A DNA stretch of 64,000 nucleotides. Source: Escherichia coli (GTDB lineage Bacteria; Pseudomonadota; Gammaproteobacteria; Enterobacterales; Enterobacteriaceae). This document shows, piece after piece, positions 56,494-64,000 of this stretch. Both the position numbers and the translations under genes were made by a program. The number at the start of each line of letters is the position of its first letter. Position 1 is the first letter of the stretch. The DNA lies in assembly GCF_030384885.1 (NCBI RefSeq), contig NZ_CP128613.1; one strand, given 5' to 3'. The notes below the pieces were generated by a model. The model saw only the letters and a list, made by a program, of their open reading frames with translations, did not search any database and was not told the DNA's origin.

Positions 56494-58692
56494 ATGTCAG
56501 AATTAAAAATTGCCGTTAGTCGTTCTTGCCCGGATTGTTTTTCCACTCATCGTGCATGCGTGAATATTGACGAAAGTAATTATATTGACGTTGCCGCCAT
56601 TATTTTATCAGTCAATGATGTTGAACGTGGAAAACTCGATGAAATAGACGCTACTGGCTATGGCATTCCTGTTTTTATTGCAACGGAAAATGAAGAACGT
56701 GTACCAGCAGAATATCTGCCACGTATTACTGGTGTCTTCGAGCATTGCGAATCACGGAAAGAATTTTATGGACGTCAGTTAGAAACCGCTGCCAGCCATT
56801 ATGAAACGCAGCTGCGCCCGCCCTTCTTCCGCGCACTGGTCGATTATGTCAATCAGGGCAATAGCGCTTTTGACTGCCCGGGTCATCAGGGGGGTGAGTT
56901 TTTCCGTCGCCATCCGGCAGGCAATCAGTTCGTGGAATATTTTGGCGAAATGCTCTTCCGCTCCGACTTGTGTAATGCCGACGTAGCAATGGGCGATCTA
57001 CTGATTCATGAAGGTGCGCCATGCATTGCACAGCAACATGCGGCTAAAGTGTTTAATGCCGATAAAACGTACTTTATTTTAAACGGCACCTCCTCTTCCA
57101 ACAAAGTGGTTTTAAACGCCCTGCTAACACCGGGTGATCTGGTGCTGTTTGACCGCAATAACCATAAGTCTAACCACCACGGGGCCTTGCTACAGGCTGG
57201 TGCAACACCGGTTTATCTGGAAACAGCACGTAACCCGTATGGTTTTATCGGTGGGATTGATGCGCACTGCTTCGAAGAAAGTTATCTGCGTGAACTGATT
57301 AGAGAAGTTGCACCGCAACGGGCAAAAGAGGCGCGTCCGTTCCGCCTCGCTGTGATTCAGTTAGGCACCTACGACGGTACTATTTATAACGCCCGCCAGG
57401 TGGTGGATAAAATCGGTCATCTGTGTGACTACATCCTGTTTGACTCAGCATGGGTCGGCTATGAACAGTTTATTCCGATGATGGCGGACTGTTCGCCGCT
57501 GCTACTGGAGCTTAATGAGAACGATCCGGGTATTCTGGTTACGCAATCTGTACATAAGCAGCAGGCTGGTTTTTCTCAGACTTCACAAATTCATAAAAAA
57601 GACAGCCATATCAAAGGGCAACAGCGTTATGTACCGCACAAACGCATGAACAACGCCTTTATGATGCACGCCTCCACCAGCCCGTTCTATCCGCTGTTTG
57701 CCGCACTGGATATCAACGCCAAAATGCATGAAGGTGTCAGCGGTCGTAATATGTGGATGGATTGTGTGGTTAACGGTATTAATGCCCGCAAATTGATCCT
57801 CGATAACTGTCAGCACATTCGTCCGTTCGTTCCTGAACTGGTGGATGGTAAACCCTGGCAATCGTATGAAACAGCGCAAATTGCGGTTGATCTGCGCTTC
57901 TTTAAATTTGTACCCGGTGAGCACTGGCATTCTTTTGAAGGTTACGCAGAGAACCAATACTTTGTCGATCCGTGCAAACTGTTGCTGACAACTCCTGGCA
58001 TTGATGCACGTAACGGCGAATATGAAGCATTCGGTGTACCCGCGACGATTCTTGCTAACTTCCTGCGCGAAAATGGCGTAGTGCCGGAAAAATGCGATCT
58101 TAACTCCATCCTCTTCCTGCTGACTCCGGCAGAAGATATGGCCAAACTGCAGCAACTTGTTGCCCTGCTGGTACGCTTCGAAAAACTACTGGAAGCTGAT
58201 GCGCCTCTGGCGGAAGTATTGCCTTCCATCTACAAACAGCATGAAGAGCGCTACGCCGGTTATACCCTGCGTCAGTTGTGCCAGGAAATGCATGATTTGT
58301 ATGCCCGTCACAACGTGAAACAACTGCAAAAAGAGATGTTCCGTAAGGAGCACTTCCCACGCGTCAGCATGAATCCACAAGAAGCCAACTACGCCTATTT
58401 ACGCGGTGAAGTGGAGCTGGTTCGTCTGCCGGATGCAGAAGGCCGTATCGCAGCCGAAGGTGCGCTTCCTTATCCTCCGGGTGTGCTGTGTGTTGTTCCG
58501 GGTGAAATCTGGGGTGGTGCTGTTCTGCGTTACTTCAGCGCTCTGGAAGAAGGGATCAACCTGCTACCAGGTTTTGCACCGGAGCTGCAGGGTGTCTATA
58601 TCGAAGAACATGATGGTCGTAAGCAAGTTTGGTGCTATGTCATCAAGCCTCGTGATGCGCAAAGCACCCTGTTGAAAGGGGAAAAATTATGA
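56494..58692 (+). CDS. speF: Inducible ornithine decarboxylase
   Basis: 732-aa protein MSELKIAVSRSCPDCF... with PLP-dependent decarboxylase regions; followed by potE with a 4-nt overlap. Confidence 0.97.
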   Translation: MSELKIAVSRSCPDCFSTHRACVNIDESNYIDVAAIILSVNDVERGKLDEIDATGYGIPVFIATENEERVPAEYLPRITGVFEHCESRKEFYGRQLETAASHYETQLRPPFFRALVDYVNQGNSAFDCPGHQGGEFFRRHPAGNQFVEYFGEMLFRSDLCNADVAMGDLLIHEGAPCIAQQHAAKVFNADKTYFILNGTSSSNKVVLNALLTPGDLVLFDRNNHKSNHHGALLQAGATPVYLETARNPYGFIGGIDAHCFEESYLRELIREVAPQRAKEARPFRLAVIQLGTYDGTIYNARQVVDKIGHLCDYILFDSAWVGYEQFIPMMADCSPLLLELNENDPGILVTQSVHKQQAGFSQTSQIHKKDSHIKGQQRYVPHKRMNNAFMMHASTSPFYPLFAALDINAKMHEGVSGRNMWMDCVVNGINARKLILDNCQHIRPFVPELVDGKPWQSYETAQIAVDLRFFKFVPGEHWHSFEGYAENQYFVDPCKLLLTTPGIDARNGEYEAFGVPATILANFLRENGVVPEKCDLNSILFLLTPAEDMAKLQQLVALLVRFEKLLEADAPLAEVLPSIYKQHEERYAGYTLRQLCQEMHDLYARHNVKQLQKEMFRKEHFPRVSMNPQEANYAYLRGEVELVRLPDAEGRIAAEGALPYPPGVLCVVPGEIWGGAVLRYFSALEEGINLLPGFAPELQGVYIEEHDGRKQVWCYVIKPRDAQSTLLKGEKL

Positions 58693-60008
58693 GTCAGGCT
58701 AAATCGAACAAAATGGGCGTCGTTCAGTTAACCATACTGACGATGGTCAACATGATGGGCTCCGGCATCATCATGCTGCCGACAAAGCTTGCCGAAGTTG
58801 GGACGATCTCAATAATCTCCTGGTTGGTGACAGCCGTAGGCTCAATGGCGCTGGCATGGGCATTCGCAAAATGCGGTATGTTCAGCCGTAAATCAGGCGG
58901 TATGGGCGGTTATGCCGAGTATGCTTTCGGTAAATCCGGTAACTTTATGGCGAACTATACCTACGGCGTCTCGCTGCTGATTGCTAACGTGGCGATTGCT
59001 ATTTCGGCAGTTGGTTACGGCACCGAACTGCTCGGCGCGAGTTTGTCACCAGTGCAGATTGGTCTGGCAACCATCGGAGTGCTGTGGATTTGTACCGTGG
59101 CTAACTTTGGTGGTGCGCGCATTACCGGGCAAATCAGTAGCATTACCGTGTGGGGGGTCATTATTCCGGTGGTAGGCCTGTGCGTTATCGGCTGGTTCTG
59201 GTTTAGCCCGACACTTTACGTTGATTCCTGGAATCCGCATCATGCACCGTTCTTCAGTGCGGTAGGTTCTTCCATCGCCATGACGCTGTGGGCTTTTCTT
59301 GGTCTGGAGTCTGCGTGTGCGAATACTGATGTAGTGGAAAACCCGGAACGTAATGTGCCAATCGCGGTACTCGGCGGTACGTTAGGTGCGGCGGTGATTT
59401 ATATCGTCTCCACCAACGTGATTGCCGGGATTGTGCCCAATATGGAGCTGGCAAATTCAACGGCACCATTTGGTCTGGCCTTCGCGCAAATGTTCACACC
59501 GGAAGTGGGTAAAGTCATTATGGCGCTGATGGTGATGTCCTGCTGCGGTTCACTGCTTGGCTGGCAGTTCACCATTGCCCAGGTGTTTAAATCTTCATCT
59601 GATGAAGGCTACTTCCCTAAAATTTTCTCCCGTGTAACCAAAGTGGATGCACCGGTTCAGGGGATGTTGACCATTGTGATTATTCAGAGTGGATTGGCAC
59701 TGATGACCATTAGCCCGTCACTGAACAGCCAGTTCAACGTGCTGGTTAACCTGGCCGTGGTGACCAATATCATTCCGTATATCCTGTCGATGGCGGCATT
59801 AGTCATTATTCAGAAGGTCGCCAATGTGCCACCATCAAAAGCGAAAGTAGCAAACTTTGTTGCCTTTGTTGGTGCGATGTACAGTTTCTATGCGCTGTAC
59901 TCATCCGGGGAAGAAGCCATGCTGTACGGTTCCATCGTGACTTTCCTTGGTTGGACACTGTATGGTCTGGTATCACCACGCTTTGAACTGAAAAACAAAC
60001 ACGGTTAA
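58689..60008 (+). CDS. potE: Putrescine-ornithine antiporter
   Basis: 439-aa APC-family transporter MSQAKSNKMGVVQLTILTMVNMMGSGIIMLPTKLAEVG... Confidence 0.97.
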   Translation: MSQAKSNKMGVVQLTILTMVNMMGSGIIMLPTKLAEVGTISIISWLVTAVGSMALAWAFAKCGMFSRKSGGMGGYAEYAFGKSGNFMANYTYGVSLLIANVAIAISAVGYGTELLGASLSPVQIGLATIGVLWICTVANFGGARITGQISSITVWGVIIPVVGLCVIGWFWFSPTLYVDSWNPHHAPFFSAVGSSIAMTLWAFLGLESACANTDVVENPERNVPIAVLGGTLGAAVIYIVSTNVIAGIVPNMELANSTAPFGLAFAQMFTPEVGKVIMALMVMSCCGSLLGWQFTIAQVFKSSSDEGYFPKIFSRVTKVDAPVQGMLTIVIIQSGLALMTISPSLNSQFNVLVNLAVVTNIIPYILSMAALVIIQKVANVPPSKAKVANFVAFVGAMYSFYALYSSGEEAMLYGSIVTFLGWTLYGLVSPRFELKNKHG

Positions 60009-60017
60009 AAAAGCGAA

Positions 60018-60052
60018 ATAAAAAAGGGCGATTGAATGATCGCCCTTTCTGT
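60018..60052 (+). terminator. Rho-independent terminator downstream of potE
   Basis: Hairpin aaaaagggcgattgaatgatcgccctttctgttt. Confidence 0.75.
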
Positions 60053-60089
60053 TTGTTGACAAAGAGTTCGTTATTTATGCCGCATCCGG

Positions 60090-60227
60090 CAGGTGTAGGG
60101 TCCAAACGCGGTCGAACACAGCAACTATTTGCGTAATTATATGAGGCATTTGCGACAAAAACTGGAACAGGATCTCGTCCGCCCCGCCATTTCATTACTG
60201 AAACCGGTATTGGGTATCGGTTTATGC
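60090..60227 (+). repeat. About 138-bp degenerate direct repeat of the kdpE 3-prime coding end (kdpE-tail remnant)
   Basis: By-eye alignment of 60090-60227 with 55663-55800 shows about 89 percent identity in the same orientation (caggtgt.gggtccaaacgcggtcgaacacagc...actgaaaccggtattgggtatcggtttatgc). Confidence 0.85.
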
Positions 60228-60355
60228 TTTGAAAAAAGTGGCAATGTATGGATAAAGTCATTTTTTATTCAAATATAAGGAACTTAATATTTAAAAAATG
60301 TCCCATACAATGCCTCATCATAAATGACACCGTAGCACACAAGGAGCAAGTAGCG

Positions 60356-61006
60356 ATGCGTGAAGTGAGTCAGTTAGTAAATACGGAAGATTCAGCCTGG
60401 CCAATAATCCAGAATTGGTTAAAAGAAGCCACAAACCATGCCGAACTCTTACCGGTTAATAAAGATTTAGCCGAAACCGCACTTTATCAATTACAGGTTA
60501 CAACAAAATCACCGATGGGTGCGCTTGTCTATGGCTCCGGAGGTCTGCTGATTGATAACGGTTGGTTACGCATAGCAGGCTCTGGTCACCCCCGGTTACC
60601 ACGAGATCCAGCAAGTTGGACACAACGCCCTGAATTCGCAAGCGTGCGGGCTTTACCCATCGCCGATGATGTCGCAGGGGGAATTTTTGCTCTTAATGGT
60701 GGCGATCTTGGGGAAGATACTGGCTGCGTTTATTATTTTGCGCCAGATACGCTGAATTGGGAAAGTCTGGAGGTTGGATATTCTGAGTTTCTTCAGTGGG
60801 CATTATCCGGTGATTTAGATACCTTCTATGAAAATGTACGCTGGCCGCAATGGCAAGAAGACGTAATAAAATTATCGGCAACGGAAGCCTTCACTTTCTA
60901 CCCTTTCTTATGGGTACAAAGTGAAGAAGCAAGAACAAGAAAAGTTATTTCGCTTACTGAACTCTGGGAAATGCAGTATCAAATGAAAGAAACAATCACG
61001 CAATAA
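60356..61006 (+). CDS. DUF2625-like hypothetical protein (216 aa), apparently intact
   Basis: ORF with AAGGAG Shine-Dalgarno 9 nt upstream of the ATG at 60356 (the track ORF starts further upstream); position matches the K-12 ybfG region (recalled). Confidence 0.55.
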   Translation: MREVSQLVNTEDSAWPIIQNWLKEATNHAELLPVNKDLAETALYQLQVTTKSPMGALVYGSGGLLIDNGWLRIAGSGHPRLPRDPASWTQRPEFASVRALPIADDVAGGIFALNGGDLGEDTGCVYYFAPDTLNWESLEVGYSEFLQWALSGDLDTFYENVRWPQWQEDVIKLSATEAFTFYPFLWVQSEEARTRKVISLTELWEMQYQMKETITQ

Positions 61007-61046
61007 GACATGTTCAGGTCCGGGTTTCATTCCCGGACTCGCTATT

Positions 61047-61541
61047 TTAATGTGTGTTTATCGCTTTCAATTCTTGCTGGCAATTTTCTGACTGACAGCG
61101 TCGCAACTCAATAATCCCGACATGCATCATCGAGCCAAAAAATCCGCTTTCGCTGACATAATCCTCATTAACTATCGGTCGAGTGCCGGGCTTACCCTGG
61201 CAAATCCTCATAAAAAATGAGGTGTAGCATTGCCATTCAGGATTTAAACCGGTCTTTTCTTGTGCTGACATATCATGAAGATAAGTAAGTTCTTTTTCGT
61301 TCCCGCCTGACAACTGCCAGCGGCGGGTATTATCAGGTAAGTTATCGCCACGGCAATTTGTCTTACACCGGGAAGGCGCAATATTTACCGCAATGCTACC
61401 CGTTAATCCTCTGGTTTTATCTTTAGGGGTCAGTAACCAGTCACCAGCTAATGATGATTGTTCAGGTTGGGCGCATGCTGTCAGTAGTAGTGTGGCGGTA
61501 ATTAATGCCACTCTGACGACCAGACTCCTTTTGGTCTTCAT
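61047..61541 (-). CDS. ybfP: Lipoprotein YbfP
   Basis: MKTKRSLVVRVALITATLLLTAC lipoprotein signal with lipobox LTAC; start taken at MKTKR inside the track ORF. Confidence 0.8.
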   Translation of the reverse strand: MKTKRSLVVRVALITATLLLTACAQPEQSSLAGDWLLTPKDKTRGLTGSIAVNIAPSRCKTNCRGDNLPDNTRRWQLSGGNEKELTYLHDMSAQEKTGLNPEWQCYTSFFMRICQGKPGTRPIVNEDYVSESGFFGSMMHVGIIELRRCQSENCQQELKAINTH

Positions 61542-61592
61542 TTTGAATTCCCTTGAGCTATTCAGTTTGTTGGCAAAGTGCTCGTTGTTCAT

Positions 61593-61694
61593 GCCGGATG
61601 CGGCGTGAACGCCTTATCCGGCCTACAAAATAGGGCAAATTCAATATATTGCACCATCTTCCCAAGCCTGATAAGCGTAGCGCATCAGGCAGTC
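61593..61694. repeat. REP/BIME palindromic elements between ybfP and pgm
   Basis: Sequences gccggatgcggcgtgaacgccttatccggcc and gcctgataagcgtagcgcatcaggc. Confidence 0.8.
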
Positions 61695-61699
61695 ATAAG

Positions 61700-61738
61700 T
61701 AAAAAAGGGCGATCTTCTGACCGCCCTTTTTCTTATTA
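61700..61738 (-). terminator. Rho-independent terminator downstream of pgm
   Basis: Hairpin aaaaagggcgatcttctgaccgccctttttc immediately 3-prime of the pgm stop. Confidence 0.7.
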
Positions 61739-61745
61739 AATGTGT

Positions 61746-63386
61746 TTACGCGTTTTTCAGAACTTCGCTAACAATCTCAACCGCTTCTTTCTCGATCTGC
61801 TTGCGATGTTCTTCACCGAGGAAGCTTTCGCAGTAGATTTTGTATGCGTCTTCCGTGCCTGACGGACGCGCGGCGAACCAGCCGTTGTCAGTCATCACTT
61901 TCAGACCGCCAATAGAAGCACCGTTGCCCGGTGCCGCCGTCAGGCGCGCGGTGATCGGGTCACCTGCCAGGGTGCTGGCGCTCACCATTTCCGGAGACAG
62001 CTTAGACAGCGCCGCTTTTTGTGCGGAAGTCGCAGCTGCCTGCAAACGGTTATAGCTCGGCGCACCAAAGCGTTTTGCCAGTTCGTTGTAGTGTTCCTGC
62101 GGGTTCTTACCGGTGACCGCGGTGATTTCTGCCGCCAGCAGACACATAATGATACCGTCTTTATCGGTGGACCACGGCGTGCCGTCGAAACGCAGGAAGG
62201 AAGCCCCTGCGCTCTCTTCGCCGCCAAAGCCGAAGCTGCCGTCGAACAGACCATCAACAAACCATTTGAAGCCTACCGGGACTTCTACCAGCTTACGGCC
62301 CAAATCATTGACCACACGGTCGATCATCGCAGATGAAACCAGCGTTTTACCGACAGCAACATCTTTGCCCCACTGCGGACGATGCTGGAACAGGTAGTTG
62401 ATCGCCACCGCCAGGTAGTGGTTCGGATTCATCAAACCTGCCGGAGTGACGATACCGTGACGGTCATAATCCGGGTCGTTAGCAAACGCCAGATCGAACT
62501 TATCACGCAGTGCCAGCAGACCCGCCATCGCACACTCGGAGGAGCAGTCCATACGGATCGCGCCGTCTTTATCGAGGTGCATAAAGCGGAAGGTTTGATC
62601 GACCTGATCGTTAACGATGGTCAGGTTGAGGTTGTAATACTCGCCAATGCGCTTCCAGTATTCAATACCGGAACCGCCCAGCGGATCAACGCCCAGCGTC
62701 AGGCCCGCTTTCTGAATCGCCGCCATATCAACGATATCGGCCAGACCTTCCACAAACGGCTGCACCAGATCCTGCTCTTTCACATGACCGGATGCCATCG
62801 CTTCGTCGAGGGAGATACGCTTCACACCTTTCAGGCCATCGGCCATCAGTGCGTTGGCCCTGTCTTCCACCACTTTGGTGACGTTGGTATCAGCCGGGCC
62901 ACCATTTGGCGGATTGTACTTGATACCACCATCTTCTGGCGGGTTATGGGACGGTGTAATCACGATACCGTCTGCCAGCGGGCCACCTTTTTTATTGTGA
63001 ACCAGGATGGCATTGGAAACGGCAGGCGTCGGAGTGAAGCCATTGTTTTCCTGCACAATAACATCTACGCCGTTCGCTGCCAGCACTTCCAGTACGGAAA
63101 TGAACGCAGGCTCGGACAGGGCGTGAGTATCTTTACCCACATAGCAAGGGCCAGTGATGCCGTTTTTCGCACGTTCTTCAGCAATTGCCTGAGCGATCGC
63201 CAGAATATGCGGCTCGTTAAAGCTGCGGCGCGCTGCACTGCCACGGTGACCGGAAGTACCGAATTTCACCGCGTGCTCCGCATTCCCTGCTTCTGGTTTC
63301 AGTACATAATATTGCGCCGTCAGTTGGGCGACGTTAATCAAATCACTCTGTTGTGCAGGTTGGCCTGCACGATTGTGGATTGCCAT
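61746..63386 (-). CDS. pgm: Phosphoglucomutase
   Basis: 546-aa protein from [51 protein letters not shown]; the track ORF has a 17-codon upstream extension. Confidence 0.97.
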   Translation of the reverse strand: MAIHNRAGQPAQQSDLINVAQLTAQYYVLKPEAGNAEHAVKFGTSGHRGSAARRSFNEPHILAIAQAIAEERAKNGITGPCYVGKDTHALSEPAFISVLEVLAANGVDVIVQENNGFTPTPAVSNAILVHNKKGGPLADGIVITPSHNPPEDGGIKYNPPNGGPADTNVTKVVEDRANALMADGLKGVKRISLDEAMASGHVKEQDLVQPFVEGLADIVDMAAIQKAGLTLGVDPLGGSGIEYWKRIGEYYNLNLTIVNDQVDQTFRFMHLDKDGAIRMDCSSECAMAGLLALRDKFDLAFANDPDYDRHGIVTPAGLMNPNHYLAVAINYLFQHRPQWGKDVAVGKTLVSSAMIDRVVNDLGRKLVEVPVGFKWFVDGLFDGSFGFGGEESAGASFLRFDGTPWSTDKDGIIMCLLAAEITAVTGKNPQEHYNELAKRFGAPSYNRLQAAATSAQKAALSKLSPEMVSASTLAGDPITARLTAAPGNGASIGGLKVMTDNGWFAARPSGTEDAYKIYCESFLGEEHRKQIEKEAVEIVSEVLKNA

Positions 63387-63411
63387 TGCTTTGTCCTTTG
63401 TCTGCAACGTT

Positions 63412-63957
63412 TTAGATAGTTCCGCAAACCTTCTCAATCAATTCCGCCGGGAATTGCATCGACTGCATGATGTGTTCGATCATGCTGCATTTACGGCCGG
63501 TGTTGGTGTTGGTGATCACCCAATACGGCGTGCCTGGCACATGTTTCGGCTTGGTCTGATTACCATTTTTCAGCAGCGTTTGTTCATCTGCTGCAAAGTA
63601 AACGCGTGTACGACCGTGCAACGATTCCGTGGCCTCGGCAAACGCCTGGGCGTCAAGAGAATATAGTGTAGACAACAGCAGCATGAAGCGATTGACCGCT
63701 CGCTTTTGCTCTGCGTATTCGTCTGAAAGCAAAAGTTCACGCATTGCGCGAACCTTGTCTTTAATCGTTTTGACCGGCTTCGCTTCGACGATAGCAGGTG
63801 ACGCAACGCGAACCTCTTTCGTCACCGGAGCAGCAGGCTGTGATGCGGCGGAAAATTTCAACATACGCCGTAAAATGTCGGATGCGCTCTCGCCGATATG
63901 CTTAGTGTGGCTGGCAATATAGCTGTAGAGTTCATCATCAACTTCAATCGTTTTCAT
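63412..63957 (-). CDS. seqA: Negative modulator of replication initiation SeqA
   Basis: 181-aa protein [36 protein letters not shown]...; start at MKTIE inside the track ORF. Confidence 0.97.
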
Positions 63958-64000
63958 CTTAATCCAGTGCAGTGTCTTAGCTGAATACAAGTCGCCAGGA

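Noticed and set aside
62382-63419. 345-aa plus-strand ORF opposite pgm
   Set aside because: Antisense shadow ORF of phosphoglucomutase; no Shine-Dalgarno and implausible composition.

Overview
This window reads as an Escherichia coli chromosomal segment, in reverse orientation to the K-12 map, running from the tol-pal edge (ybgC) to seqA. Most of it is conserved core: ybgC-ybgE-cydX-cydBA, sucDCBA, sdhBADC, gltA, the ybgDQPO fimbrial operon, abrB, nei, pxpBCA/ybgI, dtpD, phr, ybgA, ybfA, kdpFABCDE, speFL-speF-potE, ybfP, pgm and seqA, all recognised by protein sequence and synteny. Three accessory stretches stand out. (1) Between cydA and sucD (about 3.6-19.3 kb), where I recall K-12 carrying mngR-mngAB, there is instead an AT-rich two-gene cassette of unknown function, a complete B12-dependent methylaspartate pathway operon (glutamate mutase S/L/E, methylaspartate ammonia-lyase, a DUF1446-like protein with a small partner, a DAACS transporter, a class I fumarase/mesaconase and a corrinoid adenosyltransferase), a LysR regulator and an orphan RtcB-like paralog. 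(2) Between ybgA and ybfA (about 45.2-47.5 kb), where I recall K-12 carrying the rhsC element, there is a short AT-rich cluster of small genes that looks like orphan toxin/immunity remnants, including a SUKH/SMI1-like protein and an untracked 46-aa glycine-zipper ORF. (3) speFL-speF-potE is bracketed by a direct repeat of the kdpE 3-prime end. No CRISPR array, tRNA, integrase or IS element was seen. All K-12 comparisons are from memory; no database search was possible.
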